A stretch of 64,000 nucleotides of DNA from Phycisphaera sp. TMED24 (lineage in GTDB: Bacteria > Planctomycetota > Phycisphaerae > Phycisphaerales > SM1A02): assembly GCA_002168105.2 (NCBI GenBank), contig NHCD02000037.1:35105-99104 (forward strand), written 5' to 3'. Shown here in pieces: positions 29,686 to 39,520 of the stretch (its first letter is position 1; every line of letters begins with the position of its first letter). Under the pieces are notes generated by a model. The model did not search any database. It was not told the DNA's origin and was given only the letters and a program-made list of their open reading frames with translations. The position numbers and the translations under genes were made by a program.

Positions 29686-30578
29686 AGCGTCTGGGGTGGT
29701 TGCTCCTTTTGGGCTGCGCGGATTCAGACCCCACGGTGGTGGTGTACGACGGCCTTGATGATGAACCCGGGCGGATTGTTGTCGCTCAGGCAGAGAACGA
29801 GCTTCCATTTGCGGTGAAGAGACTCGGTGACACCGAAGCCACCAAAACCGCTGGCTTGATCCATCGGTTGCGTTCGGAAGCTTTGTCTCCACAAGCCAAT
29901 GTTTTTGTGTGTGGTGAACCTCTCAGTGTGGCGACCTTGGTCGCAGAAGGGGTGCTGCTTCCGGAAGGGGTCATCCTTGCTGGACGGGTCCGTGGTTTGG
30001 TGGTGCGTTCGGATCGAGACCATGCCCAGTGCCCTTCCTCCTGGCTGGATTTGGGCAGCGACCGTTGGCGTGACCAAGGGCTCGCGGTGGCTGACCCTCG
30101 CTATGGGTCCACCGGAGCGCATCTTGGCGTCTTGCGTTCGGTGCTTGGTGAGACCGAGTATCGATCCCTTTTGCTTGGGTTTGATGTGGCGGGGGTACGG
30201 CTGGTGGCTGGAGGCAACCGAGCCGTGGTCGAGGCGGTGGCGCAGGGGGAGGTCGCATTTGGGGCAACCGATGCGGACGATGTTGCCGCGGCGCAAGCGC
30301 TGGGCCAACCGGTGCAGTTTCTTCCGCTCCCGCTCGATGCAGAGCGGGGACCTTGGGTCATGACCGCAGAGGCCCGTCTGGTCGCTCCGCGGACCTCTGA
30401 AGGTGTGATGTACCTGGATTGGATGCGAGAGAAGGGCACCCAGGTGTTCCGATCCGCTGCTCCGGGTTGGCTTGATCCCAGCCAACTCCCAACAGGTTTG
30501 ACCTACGACCCCAATCTTGCGGCAGAAGAACAATCGCTGGCGGTCGAAGAGGCCCTGCACATCTTCGGGGCACGCTGA
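29682..30578 (+). CDS. ABC substrate-binding lipoprotein (Fe3+/AfuA-FbpA-like family)
   Basis: Lipobox LLGC; DTEATKTAGLIHRL, PQANVF, AVADPRYGSTGAH, GNRAVVEAVAQGEVAFGATDADD. Confidence 0.8.
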   Translation: MKRLGWLLLLGCADSDPTVVVYDGLDDEPGRIVVAQAENELPFAVKRLGDTEATKTAGLIHRLRSEALSPQANVFVCGEPLSVATLVAEGVLLPEGVILAGRVRGLVVRSDRDHAQCPSSWLDLGSDRWRDQGLAVADPRYGSTGAHLGVLRSVLGETEYRSLLLGFDVAGVRLVAGGNRAVVEAVAQGEVAFGATDADDVAAAQALGQPVQFLPLPLDAERGPWVMTAEARLVAPRTSEGVMYLDWMREKGTQVFRSAAPGWLDPSQLPTGLTYDPNLAAEEQSLAVEEALHIFGAR

Positions 30579-32794
30579 TGCGTTGGTTCGTGCTTATCCC
30601 CTTGGTCATGTGCCTGTGGCCGCTTGGTTCTGGCTTGCCCGTGTGGGATGTCTTTCCGATCCCGCTCGATTCATGGCCGATTGTTTGGGGGCGAACGCTG
30701 GGGGTGGCGGCCGCTTCCGGCGTCTTGGCGGTGGTGATGGCCGCGGTCTTGGCCCGTTCGCCGCTCTGGACGGTTCTCTTGGTGGCGGCGTTGCCGCCTT
30801 GGCTTTTCACCTGGTCTTTTGCATCGCTCGATGGACCTGCGAGTGTTCTGGAAGGTTTTTTTCCACGCGGTCTGCCCGTGTTGCTTGCCCACAGCATTTC
30901 GGGGATGGCGTTGTGCGCGATGTTCCTCTGCGGTTCGGGAACCCACGCCAGTGCCTTCGAGGCCGCCCGTCTTTCCGGGGCCAGTTCACTGCGCCGGTGG
31001 TGGTTGCGGATGCAACTTTCCAAGCTCCCCCTTGCCCTTGGGGGAACAATCGTTGCCGTGCGATCTGCTTTGGACACCACGTCTTGGGATCTGGCCCGTT
31101 GGCCAGGCTTGGCCAACGAGTTTCGTGCGGCATTGGATGCCGGTCTTCCGCGTGAGGCGCTTGGTGCGTTTGTGCCTTGGTTTGGCCTGGTGCTCTTTGC
31201 ATTGATTTGGTGTTGCACCAACACACAACATTGGCATGTTGAACGTGAAGAACGTCGGGGAGGGGCTTGGATATTGCTGGCGACAGTACCGATTTTTGCT
31301 GCAGCCTTCCCATTTGCCGGCGATCTGCGTCTGCATGACTTCTTCCTGTTGCACGGTCGACAATTCGGTCCAGATGCCTTGCGTTTTGCCGTGGTTGGAC
31401 TCGGGGCCGGTGCGGTGGCATTGCATGCACGCGTTCTGGTCGATGTTTCACTTCGTTGGAGCCAATGCGGTCTTGCCGCTTGGGGGGTTCTGTACTTTTT
31501 GCCACCACCATTGTTTGCTTCCGTGGTCGGCGATGTGGGCTTGAACCTTGGGTTGTTGATGCGCGTCGCGTTTGCGGGATGGGCCGTGGGGTATCTTTCC
31601 GGCGTGATGGAAGACTCCACCCAGCGTGAGGCGCGGCATCTTGAAGCTGCGGCGGGCCAACGGATTTTTGGTTTGGGTTTGCCAAGGTTGCGGGTGATCG
31701 GCTTTGGTGGCTTGGCCGCCATCATGCTTGCCTTGGGTGAGTTGACCGTGAGCGCTCGTTTGGCGCAGCCGGGCGATGATCCTTTGGCAGTATCGCTGCT
31801 TTCGGCACTGCATTACCAACGTCCTGGGGTGGTCCTGTTGGCGATGGCCCCGTTGTTGTTGGCCACCGGAAGTGTGGCTTGGCTGCTGCCTCGTCGAAGC
31901 TTTGGGATGCTCTTGGCGGTGCTGTTGGTCTCGTGCAACGAGATCGCCACCGAAGACGAATCGTCCGTCATCGGTGGGAACGGTTTAACCCCAGGTCGAT
32001 TTGCATATCCACGTGCCATGGATGTTGATCCTCAAACCAACACGATCTTGGTGGTCGACAAACGCGCGCGTATTCAACGACTGGCTTCTGATGGCACACC
32101 TTTGCAGGAATGGTCCACACCTACGAGGAAAAACGGAAACCCCACCGGCATCTTCGTTGATGGTGACGGGACCATTTTCGTGGCCGATACCCACGAGCAT
32201 CGGGTTCTGGTCTACGAATCCGATGGGGAATTGAGGACCACCTTTGGTGAGTATGGAGAGGATCTGGGTGAATTCATCTACCCCACCGATATCGCCCGCG
32301 ATGGTCAGGGACGCTTGTGGGTGAGTGAATACGGTGGCAACGACCGGATTCAGGTCTTTGCCGATGATTACTCTCCTCTGTTCGTGGCCGCTGAAAATCA
32401 AGCCTTCAGACGGCCGCAATCACTGCTATGGAGCCCAGAGCATGATGTGATGCTGCTCAGTGAAGCGAATGGGCATCAATTGCATGTTCTCTCCTCAGAA
32501 GGTGAGTTGTTGCGCAGCATCGGAGGACCCGGGCATGAGCCTGGTCAATTTTCGTATCCCTATGGTTTGGCCCTAACTTCCAAAGGTCATGTTCTTGTTG
32601 CGGAATTTGGCGGGTGCCGAATCCATGAGGTGTCGCTGGATACAGACTCCTTTCGTACATGGTCTGCAGAAGAGTCAAACGGTCTGCGGTACCCTTGGGC
32701 GGTGGGTTGCATCGATCAGCGCATCTTGGTCTTGGACAGTGGTAACCACCGCATCCTTGAGGTGGACTCCACTGAGTTCCAGTCGATCCCATGA
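30578..32794 (+). CDS. ABC permease (FbpB-like, duplicated) fused to a C-terminal NHL-repeat beta-propeller
   Basis: Many TM segments; two EAA-like loops (FEAARLSGAS, REARHLEAAAG) and LALGELTVSARL; then NHL blades (PGRFAYPRAM, GNPTGIFV..IFVADTHEHRV, GEFIYPTDI, PGQFSYPYGL, LRYPWAV..VLDSGNHRI). Confidence 0.85.
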   Translation: MRWFVLIPLVMCLWPLGSGLPVWDVFPIPLDSWPIVWGRTLGVAAASGVLAVVMAAVLARSPLWTVLLVAALPPWLFTWSFASLDGPASVLEGFFPRGLPVLLAHSISGMALCAMFLCGSGTHASAFEAARLSGASSLRRWWLRMQLSKLPLALGGTIVAVRSALDTTSWDLARWPGLANEFRAALDAGLPREALGAFVPWFGLVLFALIWCCTNTQHWHVEREERRGGAWILLATVPIFAAAFPFAGDLRLHDFFLLHGRQFGPDALRFAVVGLGAGAVALHARVLVDVSLRWSQCGLAAWGVLYFLPPPLFASVVGDVGLNLGLLMRVAFAGWAVGYLSGVMEDSTQREARHLEAAAGQRIFGLGLPRLRVIGFGGLAAIMLALGELTVSARLAQPGDDPLAVSLLSALHYQRPGVVLLAMAPLLLATGSVAWLLPRRSFGMLLAVLLVSCNEIATEDESSVIGGNGLTPGRFAYPRAMDVDPQTNTILVVDKRARIQRLASDGTPLQEWSTPTRKNGNPTGIFVDGDGTIFVADTHEHRVLVYESDGELRTTFGEYGEDLGEFIYPTDIARDGQGRLWVSEYGGNDRIQVFADDYSPLFVAAENQAFRRPQSLLWSPEHDVMLLSEANGHQLHVLSSEGELLRSIGGPGHEPGQFSYPYGLALTSKGHVLVAEFGGCRIHEVSLDTDSFRTWSAEESNGLRYPWAVGCIDQRILVLDSGNHRILEVDSTEFQSIP

Positions 32795-35676
32795 TCAGCG
32801 TCGACCATCCTGAATGGCTGTGGGGACTGCTGTTGCTTCCGGTGTTAATGCTTTGGTCACGCAGCCGATTGATGAGTGAACCACGACGCACACTTTTGGC
32901 TTTGGGACTTCGCTCGTTGGCTTGGACCTTGGTGCTCTTGGCGGCGGCCGATGTGCACCGAGTCCAACGATCAGACAACGTGGCCACGATCGTGATTCTG
33001 GACCGAACCCAATCCATTCCGGAAGCTGAACAGCAAGCCGCTCTTGATGCGTTGGTCTTGGCCGCGAGCAATGATCCTGAACGCCAGCCAGAAGATCGCT
33101 TGGGGGTGATCGCGGTTGGGGCCGATCCTGCAATTTTGGAAATGCCAGTTGTTGGGGGTCAAGTTCGGGTCCCGTTGGAGCCGACCCGCCGAGATGCCAC
33201 CGATCTTGGTGCTGCCGTAGCCACGGCACTTTCTATTCTTCCGGATGATGCAAGAGCGCGTCTTGTTTTGGCATCGGACGGCGTGGATACTGAAGGGAAC
33301 TTTGGCGAGTCGGTGGCTCGGTCAAGCGCGGCCGGTATTCCGATTGATGTCTACCCGATTCGGCACCAACGAAATGCTGAAGTTCGGGTGGAGTCTGTTG
33401 CCGCACCAACCAGGGTGCGTCCCGGCCAGCGCAGCCCAGTCAGGATTGCGGTGCTCGCGCAAAAGCCAACGGCGGGGGTGCTTCGTCTCTTCCGCTCTGG
33501 AATCGAAATTGATTTGGATCCTTCGGCCCCTGGACTCGGGTTGTCGGTGCAACTGCCTGAGGGGCGAAGTGTCTGGGAAACCCCTCAGAATTTTGAAGGT
33601 GGGGGCACGGTTTCATGGCGTGCCGTCTTTGAACCATCCTCCTCCCAGTCCCTTGATCGTCCAGAGAACAATGTCGGAACGGCGTTGACGTTCGTCGAAG
33701 GTGAAGGTCGAGTGCTTCTGATCGAAACCAGTCGGGATGGTGCGGGCCCGCTGGCTGAAGCATTGCGTGCTTCTGGATTGCAAGTTTTTCAACAATCCCC
33801 CGAAGCTGCTGGTTCTGATTTGGCTTCATTTGCGGGATTCGATTTGGTGATCCTGTCCAATGTCCCGCGTTGGGCGTTCACCGATGCCCAGGACGCTGCC
33901 CTTTCCCGCGCGGTGACCGAGCTTGGGGTGGGATTGCTGACGGTTGGTGGCAATCGATCCTTCGGGGCGGGGGGATGGCTGGGCAGCGAATTGGCCGATG
34001 TCTTTCCGCTTGATTGTCAGCCACCTCAGACGAAGGAACTTCCCGGCGGTGCTATTGCGATGGTGATGCATTCGTGCGAGATGCCCGAAGGCAATTATTG
34101 GGGCCGGCGGGTAGCGGAAGCGGCGATCGAGACGCTTCATCCCAATGACTTTGTTGGCATGGTTGAGTTCGACTGGGATGCTTTCCGTGGTGATGATGAA
34201 AATTCTGGATGCGTTTGGGTTCTTCCTATGCAGCGGGTGGGTGACCGAAAATCTGCGTTTGCCGCGACGGCCGCTTTGACTTACGGCGACATGCCCGATT
34301 TTGATCCCTCCATGGAATTGGCGATTGCCGGGTTGGCCGAAACCCCGGTGGCCATGCGTCAGATTATTGTCATTTCTGACGGCGATCCGTCGCCGCCCAC
34401 CCAACGCACGATCGCGGAAGCCAACGCCAATCGAGTACAGATCACCACCGTCATGGTGGGGGGGCATGGATCACGTCAAGATCAAGTGGCCATGGAAGCC
34501 ACCGCGATTGCCACGGGTGGTCGGTTCTTCAAAGTGGATGACCCCCAAAATCTGCCGGCCATTTTTATTCGCGAAGCTCGTCGTATCTCACGAAGTTTGA
34601 TCCAAGAAGGGCTTTCGGTCACGCCTTCCATGCAGAGAGGTTTGGTGGGGGGCCCATTGGACGGTCTGTCTTCGCTTCCTCCAGTCCGGGGCTGGGTGCT
34701 CACCGGAACTCGCGGTGGCACGGCGAGTCTGGGGTCTGGGTTGGATACAGGGGAAGATGAACCCGATCCATTGGTGGCTTGGTGGGCCGCGGGCGCGGGG
34801 CGATCCGTTGCCGTCACCACGGATGCCGGTCGAGTGTGGGCCAACGATTGGGTCAATTGGCCTGAATACGACCGCTTTTGGGAGCAACTGGCACGATGGG
34901 CCATGCGTCCGGGGCAATCTCGAGAGATCGCACTGAGAACCGATCGAAAAGGAGAGCGTGCGGTGGTTGAGATCGAGGCCGTCGATGACAACCCAGCCGC
35001 TTTGTTGCGTCGGTTCGAGGCGGTCGCGGTGGGGCCTCAAGGGCAGCGGATCTCCCTCAAACTTCGTCAGGTTGGTCCTCGCCGTTGGCGTGGTGAATTC
35101 CCCTTGCGTGACGAAGGCTCGTGGTTTGTTTCCGCCGCGGGTCGAAGGCCGGGTGAATCCTCGGTCGATCGGGTGCTTGGAGCCATTGACATGCCGTACC
35201 CCGAAGAGTTCCGAGCGCTCCAAGACAACACGGCTGTACTTGAACGGGCGGCTCGCCAAACCTCGGGTCGAGTTCTCACCGGATCTGAATCCCTCTTTAC
35301 CCGGGATGGGTTGTCCCGCCGACAAGCTCGTCTGCCCGTTTGGGATGTGGCTTTGATTTTGGCCGCGGTTGTTTTTCTGTTTGATGTGGCGGTTCGACGC
35401 TTGGCTTTGGATTGGTCTTCCCTTCTCCGCCGCGATGTTGTTGAGGCACCAGAGACCACATTGGCGGGCCGGGTAGCCACGCGTGATCAGGGCGAGCGAG
35501 TGGCCAAGGCGCGCGGCGTCGCGGGGCAGGTTGAGGACTCAGATTCTCCGGATCCTCAGATGGCACCGGATGGGTCGTTGCCCCCTTCCCAAGAGCCCAA
35601 GACGACCGAACGATCCGCGGCCATGCAGCGGTTGCTCGACGCCAAACGGAAAAACCAACAAGGGGACGATGCATGA
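32791..35676 (+). CDS. Membrane-anchored VWA + GATase1-like + second VWA domain protein
   Basis: BatA-like start (HPEWLWGLLLLP), MIDAS-like ILDRTQSI, TDLGAAV, LASDGVDT, FDLVILSNVP, GGNRSFGAGGW, MVMHSCEM, IIVISDG, WAAGAGRSVAVTTD, C-terminal TM (LFDVAVRR). Confidence 0.85.
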   Translation: MISVDHPEWLWGLLLLPVLMLWSRSRLMSEPRRTLLALGLRSLAWTLVLLAAADVHRVQRSDNVATIVILDRTQSIPEAEQQAALDALVLAASNDPERQPEDRLGVIAVGADPAILEMPVVGGQVRVPLEPTRRDATDLGAAVATALSILPDDARARLVLASDGVDTEGNFGESVARSSAAGIPIDVYPIRHQRNAEVRVESVAAPTRVRPGQRSPVRIAVLAQKPTAGVLRLFRSGIEIDLDPSAPGLGLSVQLPEGRSVWETPQNFEGGGTVSWRAVFEPSSSQSLDRPENNVGTALTFVEGEGRVLLIETSRDGAGPLAEALRASGLQVFQQSPEAAGSDLASFAGFDLVILSNVPRWAFTDAQDAALSRAVTELGVGLLTVGGNRSFGAGGWLGSELADVFPLDCQPPQTKELPGGAIAMVMHSCEMPEGNYWGRRVAEAAIETLHPNDFVGMVEFDWDAFRGDDENSGCVWVLPMQRVGDRKSAFAATAALTYGDMPDFDPSMELAIAGLAETPVAMRQIIVISDGDPSPPTQRTIAEANANRVQITTVMVGGHGSRQDQVAMEATAIATGGRFFKVDDPQNLPAIFIREARRISRSLIQEGLSVTPSMQRGLVGGPLDGLSSLPPVRGWVLTGTRGGTASLGSGLDTGEDEPDPLVAWWAAGAGRSVAVTTDAGRVWANDWVNWPEYDRFWEQLARWAMRPGQSREIALRTDRKGERAVVEIEAVDDNPAALLRRFEAVAVGPQGQRISLKLRQVGPRRWRGEFPLRDEGSWFVSAAGRRPGESSVDRVLGAIDMPYPEEFRALQDNTAVLERAARQTSGRVLTGSESLFTRDGLSRRQARLPVWDVALILAAVVFLFDVAVRRLALDWSSLLRRDVVEAPETTLAGRVATRDQGERVAKARGVAGQVEDSDSPDPQMAPDGSLPPSQEPKTTERSAAMQRLLDAKRKNQQGDDA

Positions 35677-36653
35677 GTGGTCCCGAGCACAAATTGTTGT
35701 CCGCTTGGCGGTCCGAAGTGGAGCGTCACATTGTCGGAGATCCGGCACCGGTGACCGAACTCATGCTGACATTGCTTGCTGGCGGTCATGCTCTGTTGGA
35801 GTCTGCACCTGGGTTGGGAAAAACCACATTGGTTCGGACTGTGGCCATCTCGGCCGGTTTGGATTTGGGGCGGGTGCAATGCACCCCGGACTTGATGCCG
35901 ATGGACATCACCGGCGGCGATGTGGTCCTGCCTGAGCAGTCGAATACTCCCGGTGCGGTCGTTTTTCGCCCCGGCCCCATCTTCCACCAAGTGGTCTTGG
36001 CTGATGAACTCAACCGAGCGACGCCACGAACGCAGTCGGCCATGCTTGAAGCGATGCAAGAGGGCACGGTTACGTCGTCCGGGCTGACCCGCCCATTGCC
36101 CCACCCTTTCCATGTGTTGGCCACGCAGAATCCCATCGAACAAGAAGGCACGTGGCCGTTGCCCGAAGCCCAGTTGGACCGCTTCTTGACCATGATTCGT
36201 ATTCCAACGCCGAATGCCAAGGCTCTCGCCGCCATTACCCGTGGCACCACCGGAAAAGTGCCGAACCCCGTTGAGCCCGTGATGGATCCAGAGGATCTCT
36301 TAAGACTCCAGCAGGTGGTTCGCCAAGTTGTGGTCGCCACTCCAGTTCGAGATTGGGCCGCGCGTTTGGTTCTGTCCACCCATCCAGCATCCGAACTCGC
36401 GCCGAAGGACCTGATCGAAGGTATTGAATGTGGTGCCAGTCCTCGAGCCGGTCAAGCTCTGTTGGGGATGGCCAAGGCGCTGGCCTTTTTGGAAGGTCGT
36501 TCCCACATCGGCATGATGGATCTTCGGCGTGTGGCTCGTCCAGTCTTGCGCCATCGCTTGCTGCCAACTTTTGAGTTCTTGGCCGGTGATGGTGATGTTG
36601 ACTTAGTGATCGATGATCTGGTGCGGTTTGTCCCCCGGGAGCATGTGGCATGA
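35673..36653 (+). CDS. MoxR-family AAA+ ATPase
   Basis: GGHALLESAPGLGKT, RVQCTPDLMPMDITG, LADELNRATPRTQSAMLEAMQE, VLATQNPIEQEGTWPLPEAQLDRF, VLRHRL. Confidence 0.96.
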   Translation: MSGPEHKLLSAWRSEVERHIVGDPAPVTELMLTLLAGGHALLESAPGLGKTTLVRTVAISAGLDLGRVQCTPDLMPMDITGGDVVLPEQSNTPGAVVFRPGPIFHQVVLADELNRATPRTQSAMLEAMQEGTVTSSGLTRPLPHPFHVLATQNPIEQEGTWPLPEAQLDRFLTMIRIPTPNAKALAAITRGTTGKVPNPVEPVMDPEDLLRLQQVVRQVVVATPVRDWAARLVLSTHPASELAPKDLIEGIECGASPRAGQALLGMAKALAFLEGRSHIGMMDLRRVARPVLRHRLLPTFEFLAGDGDVDLVIDDLVRFVPREHVA

Positions 36654-37573
36654 GGTTTGGTGAGACACGCGATCCTGCCCCCACCACCATGGAGGAGTTG
36701 GCTCCGGGTGGGTTGCTCGCCAAGTTGTCTCGTATGGATGTGGTGGCCCGTCGCGCGGTTCGTGGGGCACGAAGCGGAGAGCGCCGAAGTCGGAAGCGTG
36801 GGGGCGGTTTGGAATTCTCCGAACACCGTGATTATGAGCCGGGGGATGACCTGCGGTTCGTGGATTGGAACGTGTTCGCTCGTTTGGATCGTCTGGTCAC
36901 GAAGGTTTTTATCGAAGAAGAAGACCTGACAGTGGCGTTGTTGGTCGATGCTTCAGCGTCGATGGATTGGGGCAACCCCAACAAGTTCTTGTTCGCCAGG
37001 CGTATGGCCTTGTGCCTGGGAGTCGTTGCTCTCCGTGCCGGGCACCGACTCCGCGTGCATGGCTTGGGTGGCGCGTGTCCCCCGGATCTGGCTGGGCTTC
37101 GGGGTGGCTCTCGAGCGTTACCCCTTTCGCGTTGGCTCCTTGACGCGCGGGCCAATGGCGGATCGGATTTTGCCGAGACGGTGGGCCGTGTTTCGGGAGG
37201 TCGCCAAGGCCGGGGGGTCTTGGTCCTTCTCTCTGACTGCTTGGAGGACGGAGCCGCAGATGCGGTACGGCGCGCGGCGTCCAGTGGTTGGGAAACCTGG
37301 GTGTTGCGGACCCTGTGCCCAGAGGAGTTGGATCCCGGAGCCAACGGTCTTGCAGGTGACCTTCGTCTGGAAGACGTGGAGCAGGATGGGTCGGTGGAAA
37401 TCACCGTCAACCGAAGTTTGCTGCAGGCGTATCACACAAGATTGAACGCGGACCGTTCTCAACTGGAATCTGAAGTTCGACGTGCGGGAGGTCGGTTGGT
37501 GGAACTCAACACATCGCTCGATCCAGAACTGGTGCTGTTTGAATTGCTTCGCCGAGGAGGTTTGCTTCGTTGA
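36650..37573 (+). CDS. DUF58 (VWA-like) protein
   Basis: GERRSRKRGGGLEFSEHRDYEPGDDLRFVDWNVFAR, EEEDL, LVDASASM, VLLSD. Confidence 0.95.
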   Translation: MRFGETRDPAPTTMEELAPGGLLAKLSRMDVVARRAVRGARSGERRSRKRGGGLEFSEHRDYEPGDDLRFVDWNVFARLDRLVTKVFIEEEDLTVALLVDASASMDWGNPNKFLFARRMALCLGVVALRAGHRLRVHGLGGACPPDLAGLRGGSRALPLSRWLLDARANGGSDFAETVGRVSGGRQGRGVLVLLSDCLEDGAADAVRRAASSGWETWVLRTLCPEELDPGANGLAGDLRLEDVEQDGSVEITVNRSLLQAYHTRLNADRSQLESEVRRAGGRLVELNTSLDPELVLFELLRRGGLLR

Positions 37574-39477
37574 ACTTCCTTTCCCCAATTGCCGGATTGC
37601 TTCTCGCGGCTGCGGTCCTGCCGCCTCTGTTGCTGCTGTGGTTTTTGAAGCTCCGTCGCGCTCGAACACCGGTCTCCAGCCAACGTCTGTGGCGAGAGGC
37701 GATTGAGGATATGCGTGCCAACGCGCCGTTCCAGCGTTTGCGTTGGCGGTGGTTGTTGGTGCTGCAGATTGTGATTCTCCTGTTGATCGCCTTGGCCATC
37801 GCCCGGCCGCGGGTTCAGGGCGCTGGGGGATCTGGCCAGCGCACGATTCTGCTGATTGACACCTCCGGCTCGATGCGGGCGGTCGATACCAGTGATGGTC
37901 GAACCCGTCTGGAGCATGCCAAAGATATTGCGTTGGCTCGAATCGACGCACTGCATGGAGGTGGGGCTCTCTTTTCGGCCTCCGGCGAAACGATGGTGCT
38001 CTCTTTTTCCGGAGATGCCGTGGTGGACTGTCGATTTACCAGCAGTGCGGCAGAGTTGCGTCGGTCGATTGAAAAGATCACGCCCACCGATCAATCGACC
38101 CGTGCGGTTCCCGCGCTGCGATTGGCCCGAGCGTATGCCACCAACACTGATCCTGAGTCGCCTTGGCCGGTTGGTGGGCCGGCGGTGATCGAGTGCATCA
38201 GCGATGGTCGGATTCCTGATTTGGCGGATCGGTTTTTGGAGGCTGGGGAATCTTTGGTGTACCACCGGGTTGGTTCGTCCGATCCAGAGAACTGGTCATT
38301 TTCAGTGTGTGCCGCGGACCGTGATGTGCGGGATCCCCGTCAAGTTCGAGTGTTGATCGGGTTGGTCGCAGAAGGTGCGGCGCCCGATGGCGAGTTGGTA
38401 CTGCGTGTGGATGGTGCGGTGGTGGCCAGCCGGGCCATTGCGGCTCCGGATGTTGCCGATGACGATTCCTTCGCCCGCTTGGATTTGGTGCTTGGCCCAT
38501 TCACGCTGGATGCCGGGGCAAAGGTCGAGGTAGAACTGTTGATCTCGGATGCCAATCCCGCGGACAACGTGGTCTGGCTTGAGCTTCCCCCGCCGAACCC
38601 ACTTCGGGTTCAAGCCATTGCTCCGGTCCCGGATTTGATTCGGTTTGGATTGGATTCCTTGGATCCTGCATCATTTGATGTGGTTGATTCCCCCGAAGCA
38701 TTCCAACCGGGATACGACTTCACCGTGTGGCCCGCGAAGTCCTTGGGAGACACCGTCTTGCCCGAAGGCCGACATTTGGTGTTGGGGGGTGTTCCCGGTG
38801 GTTTGGGTATTCGTCAAGTCAACGACCAAAGCGCACCAGCCGTGGTGATGGCCACGGAAGCGTTGCATCCCGTGATGAGAGGCGTTGGTGTCGGTCGGCT
38901 TGAAATCTTGAACGCGCCAACCTGGAAAGGTTCCCGGGGGGTGACCGAGTTGATGAGTGGCCCCAGCGGAGGACTGGTGTTTGCCGCCGAACCGGTGGGC
39001 CGACGGGTGGTGGCGGTTGGCTTTGATCCCATGGAGAGCAACTGGCCCGCACTCCCTGGATTTGTGGCCTTTTTGGCCAATACCGCGTCCTGGCTCTCGG
39101 AAGTTCCAGAGGCCAATGCGTTTGAGCCCGGTGATGTGCTTCGATTGCAAGGGACTCCCGGTGCGAAAGCAATGTTGTCGGGGCCCGGCTTGGACGTTGA
39201 GATTCCCTTTGACCTTGATGGGCTGGGGCAATTTGGGCCGCTGCGGTCGGTCGGTCGGTATGTCGTACAAAGCCCCGGTCAGCGGGGCACGGGATACGCG
39301 GTCAATCGGACGGACATCGCTGAAAACCTCCTCGGTTCATCTGAGGTGCTGCAGCTCAGAGGTACTGCGATCAGCGATGAAGTTTCGGGATCGGCCAAAA
39401 AGAGCATCCGGGCTTGGATACTTCTGTTTGTGCTGGCTGTATTGCTTGGCGAATGGTGGTTGTGGCGAAGTCGATAA
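37570..39477 (+). CDS. BatA-domain + VWA protein
   Basis: MNFLSP..LLLLWFLKLRR..VSSQRLW, ANAPFQRLR, LALAIARP-like motif, LIDTSGSM, ISDG, DANPADN, C-terminal TM (LLGEWWLW). Confidence 0.9.
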   Translation: MNFLSPIAGLLLAAAVLPPLLLLWFLKLRRARTPVSSQRLWREAIEDMRANAPFQRLRWRWLLVLQIVILLLIALAIARPRVQGAGGSGQRTILLIDTSGSMRAVDTSDGRTRLEHAKDIALARIDALHGGGALFSASGETMVLSFSGDAVVDCRFTSSAAELRRSIEKITPTDQSTRAVPALRLARAYATNTDPESPWPVGGPAVIECISDGRIPDLADRFLEAGESLVYHRVGSSDPENWSFSVCAADRDVRDPRQVRVLIGLVAEGAAPDGELVLRVDGAVVASRAIAAPDVADDDSFARLDLVLGPFTLDAGAKVEVELLISDANPADNVVWLELPPPNPLRVQAIAPVPDLIRFGLDSLDPASFDVVDSPEAFQPGYDFTVWPAKSLGDTVLPEGRHLVLGGVPGGLGIRQVNDQSAPAVVMATEALHPVMRGVGVGRLEILNAPTWKGSRGVTELMSGPSGGLVFAAEPVGRRVVAVGFDPMESNWPALPGFVAFLANTASWLSEVPEANAFEPGDVLRLQGTPGAKAMLSGPGLDVEIPFDLDGLGQFGPLRSVGRYVVQSPGQRGTGYAVNRTDIAENLLGSSEVLQLRGTAISDEVSGSAKKSIRAWILLFVLAVLLGEWWLWRSR

Positions 39478-39520
39478 GTCAACGTGACCTGCGGCAATAT
39501 TTTGGTCGAGAAGAGCCTAC

